The notes below the pieces were generated by a model. It saw nothing but the letters and a program-made list of their open reading frames with translations, made no database searches and was not told the origin of the DNA. The position numbers were made by a program, and so were the translations under genes. A stretch of 64,000 nucleotides of DNA. Origin: Anaeramoeba ignava BMAN (Eukaryota > Protista > Anaeramoebae). This document shows positions 25,004 through 38,603 of this stretch, one piece after another. The stretch is taken from assembly GCA_028826165.1 (NCBI GenBank), contig JAPDFW010000033.1, positions 186,001 through 250,000 of the forward strand, written 5' to 3'. Every line of letters begins with the position of its first letter. Position 1 is the stretch's first letter.

Positions 25004-28000
25004 TTATTGGAAAAAGTGAATAAAAAAAGTAAGAATAAGAGCTAAAAATATGATAAATATACTGAAATAAAGAGAAATAGTTGTATTTTTCCTTCTTTCC
25101 ATAAGAACTTTCATTTGTTGAGAAATAACTTCAAGTTGAGAGTTCATTTTGCTGTTAAATTTTTCTAATTTTCTTATATTAGCTTCTGTTTTATTTTGAG
25201 GTTTTATTTTTGAAACTTTTAAAAATGAAGTATGATAAGCATGTTCAATTTGATTTTGTTGAGAATTTGGTTCAATTATCATTTTTTCATTTCTTTCAAA
25301 TATTTTTCTTTGATTAAATAATTTTTGTGTAATTTCCTTCATAAGTCTTTCATGATAAGTTGCCAAAATTTCCGAAATATTTGGTTGATTTGCGGTTTCT
25401 TTTGAGTTGAATTTTTCAATAATTTGAGGTATTGTTTTAATTGTTTCATTCATTTCTTCTAATTTTGGACCGATTATCATTTGCTTTGATATTGTGTTTT
25501 CCATATTTATTGATAATTCATCAATTTTTTTCAGTACTTCTTGATTGCTTTCTTCGCTTTGTTGCAAATCAGAAACTTTATCCTTATAAAGCGATAATTT
25601 TTCATTTTTATTAGATTGTTTATCTTCATTAAGTTTATTTTCATTAATTTTTTCTTTTTCATTAAATTGTTCATTTTGATTTTTTTTGGATTGATTTTGT
25701 TTCAATGGTTTTTTATTAAATTGTTTATTTTCATTAAGTTCATTTTCATTAAGTTTATTCTCATTAAGTTCATTTTTATTAATTTGTTCATTTTCATTAA
25801 TTTGTTCTTTTTTATTAATTTGTTTATTTTGATTAAGTTTATTTTCATTAATTTGTTCTTTTTTATTAAATTGTTTAATTTGATTTTTTTTGGATTGATT
25901 TTGTTTCAATGGTTTTTTATTAAATTGTTCTTTTTGATTAATTTCATTTTCATTAATTTGTTCATTTTGATTTTTTTTGAATTGATTTTGTTTCAATGAT
26001 TTTTTATTAAATTGTTCATTTTGATTAAGTTCATTTTCATTAAGTTTATTCTCATTAAGTTCATTTTTATTAATTTGTTCATTTTCATTAATTTGTTCTT
26101 TTTCATTAATTTGTTCTTTTTTATTAATTTGTTTATTTTGATTAAGTTTATTTTCATTAATTTTGTTTCAATTTTTTTTTATTAAATTGTTCTTTTTCAT
26201 TAATTTCATTTTCATTAAGTTTATTTTCATTAATTTGTTCTTTTTTATTAATTTGTTCATTTTGATTTTTTTTGGATTGATTTTGTTTCAATGGTTTTTT
26301 ATTAAATTGTTCTTTTTCATTAATTTCATTTTGATTAATTTGTTCATTTTGATTAATTTGTTCTTTTTGATTAATTTGTTCTTTTTGATTAATTTGTTCT
26401 TTTTGATTAATTTGTTCATTTTGATTTTTTTTGGATTGATTTTGTTTCAATGGTTTTTTATTAAATTGTTCTTTTTCATTAAGTTCATTTTCATTAAGTT
26501 TATTTTTATTAATTTGTTCATTTTCATTAATTTGTTCATTTTGATTAATTTGTTCATTTTCATTAAGTTCATTTTGATTTTTTTTGGATTGATTTTGTTT
26601 CAATGGTTTTTTATTAAATTGTTTATTTTCATTAAGTTCATTTTTATTAAATTGTTCATTTTTATTAATTTGTTCATTTTTATTAATTTGTTCATTTTTA
26701 TTAATTTGTTCTTTTTTATTAATTTGTTCTTTTTTATTAATTTGTTCATTTTGATTTTTTTTGGATTGATTTTGTTTCAATGGTTTTTTATTAAATTGTT
26801 TATTTTGATTAAGTTCATTTTTATTAAATTGTTCATTTTCATTAATTTGTTCATTTCCATTAATTTGTTCTTTTTTATTAAATTGTTTAATTTGATTTTT
26901 TTTGGATTGATTTTGTTTCAATGGTTTTTTATTAAATTGTTTATTTTCATTAAGTTCATTTTTATTAAATTGTTCATTTTGATTAAGTTCATTTTTATTA
27001 AATTGTTCATTTTCGATTAATTTGTTTATTTTGATTAATTTGTTCATTTTTATTAATTTGTTCATTTTGGTTACTTTGGTCATTGGTTGGTTGATTCAAT
27101 CGTTTTGTAGATTTTATCAATTTTTCATATAATTGATCCATTCTTTGTGAAATTATTGTATCAATAATTTTTTCATTCAAATTATTTAAATAACTATCAG
27201 AATTTTGAGGTACCGATTTGAGAACATCTTTACTATATTGAGAATTTTCATCAATTTTTAAATTTGCACTGGGAGATAACAATTTAATGTTTTGAGAAAT
27301 CAAAGAATGAAGTTGTTCTAATTGCTCTTTTTGTTTTTGATGAAATTCCTCAAATTCCTGTTTTTGTTGTGTTAAGTGTTTATTTTTTTCTTCAGAATTT
27401 TGTTTTTGGTTTTTAATTTCTTTCAATTTTTCAATTTCTTCTTCACTTTTTTTTTGTTTTTCAGTTTCTTGATTTAATTTTTCTTCTTTTAATGTTAATT
27501 TTTGTTTTTCAATTTCCTGTTTTTGTTTTTCAATTTCTTGATTTAATTTTTCTTCTTTTAATTGTATTTTTTGTTGTTCAATTTCTAATTTTTGTTCAAT
27601 TTCTTTATTTTTTTGTTCAATTTCTTGATTTAATTTTTCTTCTTTTAATGTTAATTTTTGTTGTTCAATTTCTAATTTTTGTTCAATTTCTTTATTTTTT
27701 TGTTCAAATTGTTGTTTTTGTTTTTCTAATTCATGTTGAAATTGTTCATCTTTTAATTTTAATTTTTGTTGTTCAATTTGTAATTGTTCTTGTAAATTTT
27801 TGATTTTTTGTTCAAATTCTTGTTTTTGTTTATCAATAGGTAAATTTTTATCATCTTTTAATTCTATTTTTTGTTTTTCAATTTCCTGATTTAATTTTTC
27901 TTCTTTTAATTGTAATTTTTGTTTTTCAATTTCTAATTTTTGTTCAATTTCCTTATTTTTTTGTTCAATTTCTTGTTTTTGTTTTTCAATTTCTTGATTT

Positions 28001-29515
28001 AATTTTTCTTCTTTTAATGTTAATTTTTGTTGTTCAATTTCTAATTTTTGTTCAATTTCCTTATTTTTTTGTTCAATTTCTTTATTTTGTTGTTCAAATT
28101 GTTGTTTTTGTTTTTCTAATTCATGTTGAAATTGTTCATCTTTTAATTTTAATTTTTGTTGTTCAATTTGTAATTGTTCTTGTAAATTTTTAATTTTTTG
28201 TTCAAATTCTTGTTTTTGTTTATCAATAGGTAAATTTTTATCATCTTTTAATTCTATTTTTTGTTTTTCAATTTCCTGATTTAATTTTTCTTCTTTTAAT
28301 TGTAATTTTTGTTGTTCAATTTCTAATTTTTGTTGAATTTCCTTATTTTTTTGTTCAATTTCTTGTTTTTGTTTTTCAATTTCTTGATTTAATTTTTCTT
28401 CTTTTAATTGTAATTTTTGTTGTTCAATTTCTAATTTTTGTTCAATTTCCTTATTTTTTTGTTCAAATTGTATTTTTTGTTTTTCAATTTCTTGATTTAA
28501 TTTTTCTTCTTTTAATTGTAATTTTTTGTTGTTCAATTTCTAATTTTTGTTGAATTTCCTTATTTTTTTGTTCAAATTGTTCTTTTTGTTTTTCAGAATC
28601 TTCTTTTAATTGTTTTTCTTGTTGTTCAGTTTCTATTTTTTGCAAATCGTTATCAATTTTTTCTTTTTCTTTTTCTTTTTCTTTGAGATTATTTTTTTGT
28701 AGCTCTTGAATCATTTGAGATAAAGATTCAAGTTGATTTTTAACAAATAAAGTAAAAGGTTGTTTTTTCGGTAAAAATAAACTTTTGCTTATTATTTTTT
28801 TAGGTTGATTTTTGTTTTTAGCTTGATTTTCAATTTGGCTTTCAATTTGTTTTTGATTTAAATTTAAATTTTGATTTTGATTTAAATTTTCATTTTGATT
28901 TTCATTTAAATTTTGATTTAAATTTTGATTTAAATTTTCATTTAGGTTCTCAATTAAATTTTCATTTTGATTTTCATTTTGATTTTCATTTTGATTTTCA
29001 TTTTGATTTTCATTTTGATTTTCATTTTGATTTTCATTTTGATTTTCAAATTGATTTTCATTTAAATTTTCATTTTGATTTTCAAATTGATTTTCATCTT
29101 CAAATAAATCATTTCCATCTAAATCCAAATCTTGATCTGATTTTTTTGAGAGTTTTCGAATAGTTTTTTGTAACGAATCAAATTTAGCAAAAACGGTTTT
29201 TTGGAAATGATCAGGATTTTGAGGTTTTTGGATATCTTGTTGAGGAATTGGAGACTGTAATTGTTGAGTTTGGAATTTTTGAAGTTGAGCTTGAATTGTA
29301 TTTTGTAAATTTTGGTTCATTTGAGTGAGAATTGTCACTAAAAATTCTTTTTTTGATGGTGAACTTGGATCTTTTTGAACATCAATTGAATTCTTTCTTG
29401 TAATTGATGAACTTCGAGAAGACCTTGCTAGATGTGGATTTTGATTCGTTTTTTCTACATTTACACTTTTTTGTCTTTTTGGTGTTTGTTCTTTTTCAAG
29501 TTTTCTTGTAATCAT
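25004..29515 (-). CDS. ~1500-aa repeat-rich coiled-coil protein with a C-terminal transmembrane anchor (golgin-like); split into four ORFs by frameshifts
   Basis: ORFs 28484-29515, 27007-28536, 26157-27083 and 25004-25996 continue the same repeat types across their junctions; C-terminus TTISLYFSIFIIFLALILTFFIHFFQ*. Confidence 0.7.
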
Positions 29516-30108
29516 TAAATAAAAAATGAAATGAAAAATGAAAAAAATGAAAAAAATTTTTTTTTAATTTTTTTTTTTTGAACTTTAATTTTATTTTGAA
29601 TTTTAATTTTGAATTTTAATTTGAATCCCCTTTTTTTGTTTTAATTTAATTTTTAATTTTAATTTTAATTTTGAATTTGATCTTAATTTAATTTTTATTT
29701 TTGGATTTTAATTTTGGATTTTAATTTTAATTTTAATTTTAATTTTGATTTTAATTTTAATTTTGAATTTCAATTTTAATTTTAATTTTAATTTTATAAA
29801 TGAATTTTAATTTAATTTTGATTTTAATTTTGATTTTAATTTTAATTTGAATTTTAATTTTAATTTTGATTTGAATTTTAATTTTAATTTTAATTTTAAT
29901 TTTAATTTTAATTTTAATTTTAATTTTTGGATTTTAATTTTATAAATGAATTTTAATTTTGAATTTTAATTTCAATTTCAATTTTAATTTTAATTTTAAT
30001 TTTTAATTTTGGATTTTAATTTAATTTTTATTTTTGGATTTTAATTTTAATTTTAATTTTAATTTTTGGATTTTAATTTTATAAATGAATTTTAATTTAA
30101 TTTTGATT

Positions 30109-33100
30109 TTAAATTTGTTTTAAAAAGAAATATTCCCAAAATTGCTCAAAAGAAATATGAAATGGAATATTTGATTGTTGTGGTTGAAGATGAACAATAA
30201 AAATAAAATAATAATCCAAATCATTTGATATTAAATCTTGAGAAAGTGAGTTATCAAGTAAACTATCAAGTGAATATTTAAATCTGTAAAAGATATCTTC
30301 AGGTAATTTTTCACTTACAGTGAAATTAAATATAAAAAATTTTCTGTTTTTGTTTTTGCTTTTGTTTTTGCTTTTGTTTTTGCTTTTGTTTTTGCTTTTG
30401 TTTTTGCTTTTGCTTTTGATAATTTTCGAATCAGGAATTTCAAGAGATTCCCTAATTTTCTTTTTAAAATCTGAGATATTCATTTCTCCAATATTTAATT
30501 GAAAAAATTCATATTGTTTATTAATTAAATTCACCATTTCTGAAAAAGTAAGAATTATTGATCTACGAATTTTTTGATCCATTAAAAATCGTAATAAATT
30601 TCCAATGTGTGAAAAGTTTGCCTCTTTATATTCTTTATAAAAATCTTTCAATTGTTCCTCTTCGCTTAATTCTTTCTCATCAATATTACAAATTCTCATC
30701 CATCTTTTTCTTCCATATTCCTTAATAAATTTCTCTTTTTTATCATCTTCATTATTATTATCATTATTACTATTATTATTAGTAAGATTTATAAATTCGT
30801 GTTGAAGTTTTAATGCAAGAGATGGCATCAAATCTTGATGGAAAGTTGGAAATAATTGACTTTCATCTATACTGAAAATCTTACAAAGTTCTTGAATCGT
30901 TGCTTCTTCTTCTGCTAAAAATTTTCTAATAAACTTTTTTTCGACAAATTCTTTTGGATTAAAATAATATTTCTCAAATCGACTCAAAATTGCAGGTGAT
31001 TCTCTTTCATAAGCTCTTTGCATTTCTGAAATCGCAATTATTCTAAATTTAGGATGAACAACCAAATCTGAAACAACATGCTCGAAAGAAATTTTAGCAT
31101 AAAGAACTTTGTTTTCCTCTTGATAATTTTGATTCAAAAGATCATATAAAGGTTCATAAAGGTTTTCACTTTTGCACAACATGATGATATTTCCTTTGGA
31201 AATCATTTCCTCAATTTTGTGTAATTTTTTGATAATTTTGTTTGGTGAATTATCCGATTCTAATGATGAACCAATAAACATTTTGAAATCTACTTGGTAC
31301 TTTTTCATTTTCTGAATTTCATCACTAAGACATCTCAAATTGCAAATTTTTGTTAAAATCATCATATGCCGAGAAAAATATGGAATATCATTCTCATCTG
31401 TAAATCCATGTCTTTTAAATAGAAATCCGTTAATATTTTGAGAAATGATTTTTTTTGTTTTGTATGTTTTGAATTCTATTATTTTCCGATCTATAGTTAG
31501 ATTTTGTAATAAAGCAGGTTTTGAATTAAAATTCCTTAAAAGTGAAATTGCTATTAAATCCAGGCTTTGTGTACTCACTCCATGATTTATGATACAATAT
31601 CCAATCATCTTGACGAAATAATAAAAATCTCTTAATCCAAAATAAGATCTTTTTTTTTGAGAATTGTTTTGTTGATTTTTTTGTTCTTTTTCTTGGTTAT
31701 CGATTATTGCTTTATAAATTTTGGTCAATTTATTTCCAAAATTACTAGGAATTTCACTATTCAAAGTATATAAAATCGAAGTTGCAGTCATTTTTAGGTC
31801 TGTGATTAAATCTCTTCTAATCAAAATGCCTCTATTTGTATTACTTGGATCCAAAGTCCAATTTGAAATGGCAACAACTGAGGCTTCTTTCAATTCTTTA
31901 AGTTTTTCTTGAATCTCTCCTTTTTTTTCAATAATATTTGATAATTGCTTTTCTAAATGCTCTAATTTTGAATGAAGAACTTTTAAAGGTAAATCAGGAC
32001 TCAATTCTGCAAGTGCAACTTCATCAAGAATAACAACCCCTAAATCTTCATTATTTGTTTTACTTTTTGCAATTTCAAAAACTTCTTCAATTCCTCTTGT
32101 TGATGTTATTGCTGAGCATTGAAGAAAAGAAGGTCTAATTGTTTGAAGATGAAGATCCATTGCCAATTTGTTTTTGTTTAATGGAGGTTTGAAAGCATCA
32201 AAGATTAATTCAACAGAAAGTGATTTTGATGTTCCTTTTTATTTTTATTTTTATTATTATTATTATTATTTTTATTATTATTATTATTTTTATTATTTTT
32301 TTTGTATTTACCTGGTTTTCCAATTATAAAAAGTGGAATTTGTGCGAAAATACAAACAAAAAGTAGTAAACAATTTTCTTTTAATGGAGTATTAATTGCA
32401 ATCATCCTCTTTTTGAATTGTGTTTTGTTTTCCAAAATATCAATAAAATGATCTTCCACTTTTTCAATTATCTCTTTACTGGCTTTTATTTTTTCATTAT
32501 CAAAAATTGAAGTGTAATATTTTTTTCTGGTTAAATTAGTTTGATGTTTTGTTTGATGTTTTGTTTGAGTAAGTCTACTTGCATAACAAATAAAAAGTGA
32601 TAAATGCAATGCTCTTTCCATGAATATTTCTCTTATTAATTCTTGGCCTTGGTATTTCAATAGAAATTGTCCTGCTTCTGATTCAGAAAGCCATCTAAAT
32701 ACTCGAAGAGTTCTTGAAACATCTCGAAGTGAAACTGAAGAAGCTAAATTTTTATTTTCATTTTTCCTCATAAAATTCTGGGATTTGGAAATATATTCTT
32801 CAAGTTGTTCGCGCTTGTTTTTAAAATGTGTGAGTTTATTTTCATCATTGTTAAATATTGCTGCAAATGTATTCTCAACCATTTTGTTAATATATTTTCT
32901 TTCTTCATTTTCGTTAAGTGATCCAAACTCAATACTAATCTGTTTCAATGAATTGGGGATTTCATGAACCCGATAAACAGCGTTTCGGATTTCTTCATAT
33001 TCTTTTCTTTTTTCTTGAAAATCATCAATCAAATCAAAATCATCCATATTTGAAATTTCTGAATCGGTTTCTCTTCGTTTTCGATATGGATTAATTGAAC

Positions 33101-36100
33101 CAATTAATTGGATATTTGCAGGAATTATTTTGTTATCGAATGTTCTATCTTTGAACATATATTTGAATAACTGGATATATGCTTTAGAAGCTGTGTTTAA
33201 TTCATCAAAAAAAAGAATAAATTTGTTATTGATGTCTGCTTTTGCTTTTTGAATTAATTCCTCTATTTCCTTAATTTTTATTCCTCCATGAATAGTTATC
33301 ATTTCAAATTTGTGATTTAAGATGTCCTCAAATAAATATTTGACTAACGCTGTTTTTCCACATCCAGTCTCTCCAACCAAAATCAAAGGAAGTCCAACAA
33401 ACATTCTAAATTGGATAAAAAGCATTTTGGAAATGTTATCAAGAGTTAAAACATATTTGGTTTTTTTTGCATTATGATTTCCAATTAACTCTTGCGGAAT
33501 TTGTTTTGGATTTAGAAATGAAAATAACCTGAAAATGTCATCAAATTGATGAATTTCAGTAAAGTTTTTGGATAAATTCCCATATACTTTTTTTGCAGAG
33601 TCAATAGAATCACTACTAACCCTTTTGGGCATATTTTCTTTAAATTTAATATTTAAAGAACATTGTTCAAATTTATCAAAAATTGGGTAATTTTTAGATA
33701 TAAAGGGCATCATTGTATATTTTGCAACTGAAATAACCCAAGAATTTAGAAATTTTTCACACTTTTGATAAGTTTTCTTTTTGTCATGGTGATATTTATC
33801 AGCGAAAATATCCCAATTAATAATCGGATTAATAAATGCTTTTAAAGATTTCCAAAAATGAGAAAATAATTCAAAGGTGAATGGAATTTGGGAGTTGTTA
33901 TCACTATCTAATTCCTTTAGAATTTTTTTAAATATTGTTTTTGAAATTTGGACAAATTCTTTAATTGGTGGATCTGGTCTAATTTGATTTAATTTTTGAT
34001 TTAATTTTTTGGAATCTTTTAGATTTTTAAGCAATGATCTTTTGTCAAGCTCTATCAAAAAATTAGCAACTTTTTTCAGATCATTATCTGATTTTTTATA
34101 AATTTGATGTAAGTCTTCAGAAATTTTATAATAATGAAAAGAAAAGTCGTTTTTTGAAGAAGAACATTCATAAAGATTAAATACTTTTAATGGATAAAAA
34201 AACTCCCATAAGTTTTCTCTGTTTGGAATTTCAAATAAAAGTTTTGTATTCTTAGGCAAATTCCAACAAAAATGATTCCATCTTTCAAATTTTCTATTTT
34301 CAATAGATCCCCACATGGCAAGTTGCCAAAGAGCATAAGTAATTTCAATGGAGCATTCATTTGGAAATTCGATATGAATAAATCTTTCAGTTTTATCATT
34401 TGTAGATTTGGCATCAATATTGTTTAATTCTGAGACTAATTCTGGAGCATCTCCTATTTTAAGCTGAATGAGATGGTATTTTTTTGATTCTTCCTTTTTT
34501 CCATGACAAAATTTTCTGATCTGATAGGTTTTTCCGTCTCCTGGATATAAAGAATAAAAAGCATGAATTTGTTTATAAAAAGGTGATTTTTTCATGATGG
34601 CGCTTATATCTTTTTCATATTGTTGGAAATTGAGCTTTATAATTTTGTCGTTGAAATGAGTATCTAAAAACTGGACTTCTGATTTTTCTGGAACAAAATT
34701 AATTATTGGAACTTTATACTCATTTTCTTGAGTTAATTTTTTAATGTAAATTAGTTCTTGGCATTCTCGTGATAAAAGATTTGGGTTGATAATTGCAAAA
34801 AATGATTTGGTTTGATTCTTTGCCTTTATTCCAAGATATTCAAGATTGTAATGATAATGAACGAAAAAGAAAGCTTCAATATCTTTCTTTGTTGTGTTTG
34901 GGGTGCAAAATAGAATTTGTTCTCTCAAAGGAAAAGAACCCGAAAATAAATAAAAGGCTAATGCAGTATATGAAAGAACAAGAGATTCATTTGGAACTCT
35001 AACCATATATATTTTTTTGCCTGTTTGTTTTAAATCTTTTATGAATTCTGTTCGGAGATTAAATTCTCCACTTAATAAATTTCTTTCAATTTTGATAAAA
35101 GCTTTTTGTATGGATTCCCAATTAAAACTTGGTTTTATTTCCTTAAAGACAGCTTCCGAAGTAGGAATCCATTCAGATAAACTTTTTTCAGATAAAGTCT
35201 TTGATAATTTTTTTACTTGATCACTTCTCTTATATCCAAAAATCAATCTTAAAGCTAATTCAGTGTGCCTTCTTTTATCTTCATCTTTTTGTTTATGATC
35301 GTTTATTAGAGAGCCGAAAAAGAAAAGATATTGAGTTTCAGAGAAAAGACCTGATAGTAATTGTTTTGAAATTTCTTGAGAATTTTTTATCCAATCATCC
35401 AGTATTTGAAACAACTCCTTTTCAAATTGTGCTAATTCAGCTTGATAATCAATAGTATCCGGTTTAATTTCAATGGGTTTTCCAATTTGTTTAATAAATT
35501 TAAAATATCTTATAGGAATAAATTTAATGATTTTTTGATAAATTGAATCAATTAAAATATAAAGGTGTTTAAACTCCTCAAAACGTGCTTGAAATAAGAT
35601 ATTTGAGTTTTCGTTAATTTGTGTTAATAATTGGTTTGCGTTCTCGTTTTTTGGGTTTTGGTTATTTTGATCTAGTGAAACTTTCCACATATTCCTGAAA
35701 TCATAATATTTTTTAATTTCCTGAGTATCATTTATTTCACATTTAAAAATCGGTTCTTTTAAATCAAAAGTCAATTTGCATCCTTTTTCAAAAATTTTCT
35801 TGATCACAAAAATAAGATATTGTGAAACATTTTGGTTAAGTATTTCCTTAATTCCAGGTAATTTTTCATGAAGATATTTGAAATCAATTCCTTGAGGAAG
35901 TTTGGTTTTTTGGAGTTTTGATTTAATATCCTGGATAGTTTCTAATTTATTATTTGGATCATTTATATTTTTTATAAAATCGAATAAATCGTTTAAATGT
36001 TTAATTATTTTTTTTTCTTCGAAGTGATTTCGCAATATGATAAGTTCTTCTTCAAAATTCCGTTTTGCCTTTTCAATAATCCATGATAATAATGAATTTT

Positions 36101-38435
36101 CATGATCTGTTGGTATTAATTCATTAATAAAATTAAGAACTTCTTCTTTTAAACCAGTTTGTTTTGAAATGGTTTCAAAATTGTCACTAATTTTGTGCAT
36201 TCTTTTATTTTTTAATTTTTCAGTCTCTTTTTTCATTTTTTCGAATTCTTCAGCTTCTTTTTTTTGTTGGTCTTCTGTAAGAAGAAATTCGCAAAATAAT
36301 AAAAAGGAATTATTAATGATGATTTGTTTTCTAAACTTGAAAAATTCCTTAATCTGCTTCATAGACTTTTCGCTAATGTTATCAAAATTTTTAAGGTTAT
36401 CAATGAATTCTTTTTCATGTTGCAATGGAATTTCTTGATCAATTTTATTAATTCTAATTGCATCACTTGAAATGCTTTCTTGCCATTTAAGCCAGTTTTC
36501 TTTTATTTGTTTGCAAATATATTCAAATTTTATTTGGGTATTATTTTTATCACTGATTGTGTTTTGGAGTATTTCTTTGTAAAAATGATTATCATATTTT
36601 TGAATGTGATATGGGATCTCATTATTTTTAATCTCTTTAATAAATTGTTCAAATTCCTCGATTTTTATCGTTTTTTGATTAAATTTATGGAGATTTGTGA
36701 AATTTTGGGTTTGACCATATTTAAATTCATAAAAAAAATTTTGGGAATTAGCAGGAAGTTGTTTTCTGAAATCTCCGAAAATTTTGCTAAATTGGGCAAT
36801 TTTTGTATTGTTAGATAATAAAGAAATGAACTTAGACAAACTATCTTTGTTGTGTAAATAAAATTCAACTTCTTTTAGGGTAACGTTTTCTTTTGATTGA
36901 ATTATAAAATAAAATTGGTTTATTCCTTGATAATATTCATTTAATTTTTGGATAAATTCTTTTTCAAATTTCGATAATTGTCCTTGAGAATTTGTTTCAT
37001 TTGGATATTTTTTTTTAAATTTAATAAACAAAAGTAATGATTTATACCATTTTTCATGTCCAGGAATAATATCCTTTTGCGTAATAATATATTCCCATTG
37101 TTTAGGTTTAACAAGTTCATTTTTTAGATTTGTATTGTATTTTGTCAAAAAGGAAATTTGAATTTTGGAAGCTAAATTTAAATTTCCTGATTCTAGAAAT
37201 TGATCGAAAAAGTTTTGTGTTTTGAGCATTTTTTGATATAATATTCCTGTTTGTTCTTGTGAATAATTTATAAATTCAAGAGTTTGATTTTGCCTTTCAT
37301 ACTCTTTATAAGCTTTAGAATTAAAAATTTGAAGTAAGTTATCCAATTTTTTTTTATTATTTTTTTCAGTAAAAGAGGGTTGATATTGAAGATTTTGAAT
37401 AGCTAATTGAGAAATTTTATTTTGATTTTGATTTTGATTATTTCGATTTTTGAAACAAGGAAATCCAATCCAAAATTCAAACCAATTTTCTAATGTTGGA
37501 AAAGTAATTTTTTTCAATAATTCTTGGAAGCCTTTCATTTGGAAAAGTTGAGATTCTGAATTCTCGAAAAAAGAATGGATAAAATTCCAATTTGCTTTTT
37601 TTGAATTCATTTTGAGCTTGAAAAGAAAATTAGCAATTGTTTGAGGAATATCTTTTCTTGTTTCTAAAAATGAAACGATACAAATCTTTAAATCATCTTG
37701 ATTAATTTCTTTTGGACGCTTGAAATAATAGACAGATTTATTGTTTGTGAAATCAAGAGAAAAAGTATCAAAAAGAGGAAGAAATCGAATTTTGATTTGA
37801 CTATTTGTTTGTGAAATTTTTTGAAGTAAAGGATAAATTTTTTTATAAGGATTCTTATTATTGGAACGTTTATGAGCAAAATGTATTATTTTATTGATTT
37901 CAATGAAGGTTTCTTTTGTGCATTGAGATAATAATTGTGTAAAAATGTTTTCATGAAAAGGGGAACTTAAAAGAAAAAGAAATCGGGAAATAATTTGAGG
38001 ATCTAAAGTTTGGAATTGATAATTTTGATTTTGATTTTGATCTTGATCGTTTTCTAAATGAATTTTTTGTATTGCTTCATCTAAAAATGCAGAAAAGATT
38101 TGTAAAAATGTATCAAAATCTTTTTTATTTGTTTCCTTCTTGTATTTTTCTTGATTGGATTTAGAAATATAATTATTTATTGCATTGAACATTAAATAAG
38201 TATTTAAGTTTTCACAATCAAAATGGAATAAAATCTGTTTTTTAGTCATTTCAACTTTTATATTTTGAGAATTATTTATTGAATAAGAAAAGGAATTTTC
38301 AGATTGAAAATAGAAAAAATGAATTCCATGTAAAGGAAACTTTGAATGATAAGATTTGTTGTCAATTTTAAGAATAGGATCAATAGAAGAAAGATCTTTT
38401 GAGATATAAATTAAAATAAAATCTTTTATTTCCAT
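30109..38435 (-). CDS. RNF213: RNF213/mysterin-like multi-AAA+ ATPase, ~2749 aa, exons 38435-32312 and 32234-30109; no C-terminal E3 module
   Basis: YPGDGKT; LILVGETGCGKT…IHGG…LFFDELNT…INPYR…VYRVHEIP…FGSL…SVSLRDV; LKEN…IPLFIIGKPG|TSKSLS…QCS…VVILDEVALAELSPDLPLKVLH…ISNWTLDPSNTNR…FGLRDFYYFVK…LRNF…LYDLLNQ…PAILSRFEK. The 77-nt GT-AG intron 32235-32311 restores the Walker A motif. Confidence 0.88.
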
Positions 38436-38603
38436 TTTTTAAAAAAAGAAAAAAAATGAAAATTTAAAGATCCACTTTTTTATTTAAATTTTTTTTTTAA
38501 AATGAAAAGGGGAAAAAAAATAAAAAAATAAAAGAAGAAAAAATAAAAAAAGATAAAAAAAAAGATTAGTTTTTCTTAAAGAATGTTTCTTAAAGAATGT
38601 TTC

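Noticed and set aside
29560-30108. Possible intron fusing the RNF213-like gene to the downstream coiled-coil gene
   Set aside because: No GT donor near the ORF end on the - strand, and the downstream ATG has its own TCATTT motif cluster; cDNA would be needed to exclude it fully.
38469-38482. GATCCACTTTTT motif, also at 56072, as a regulatory element
   Set aside because: Too few occurrences and inconsistent position and orientation relative to genes.
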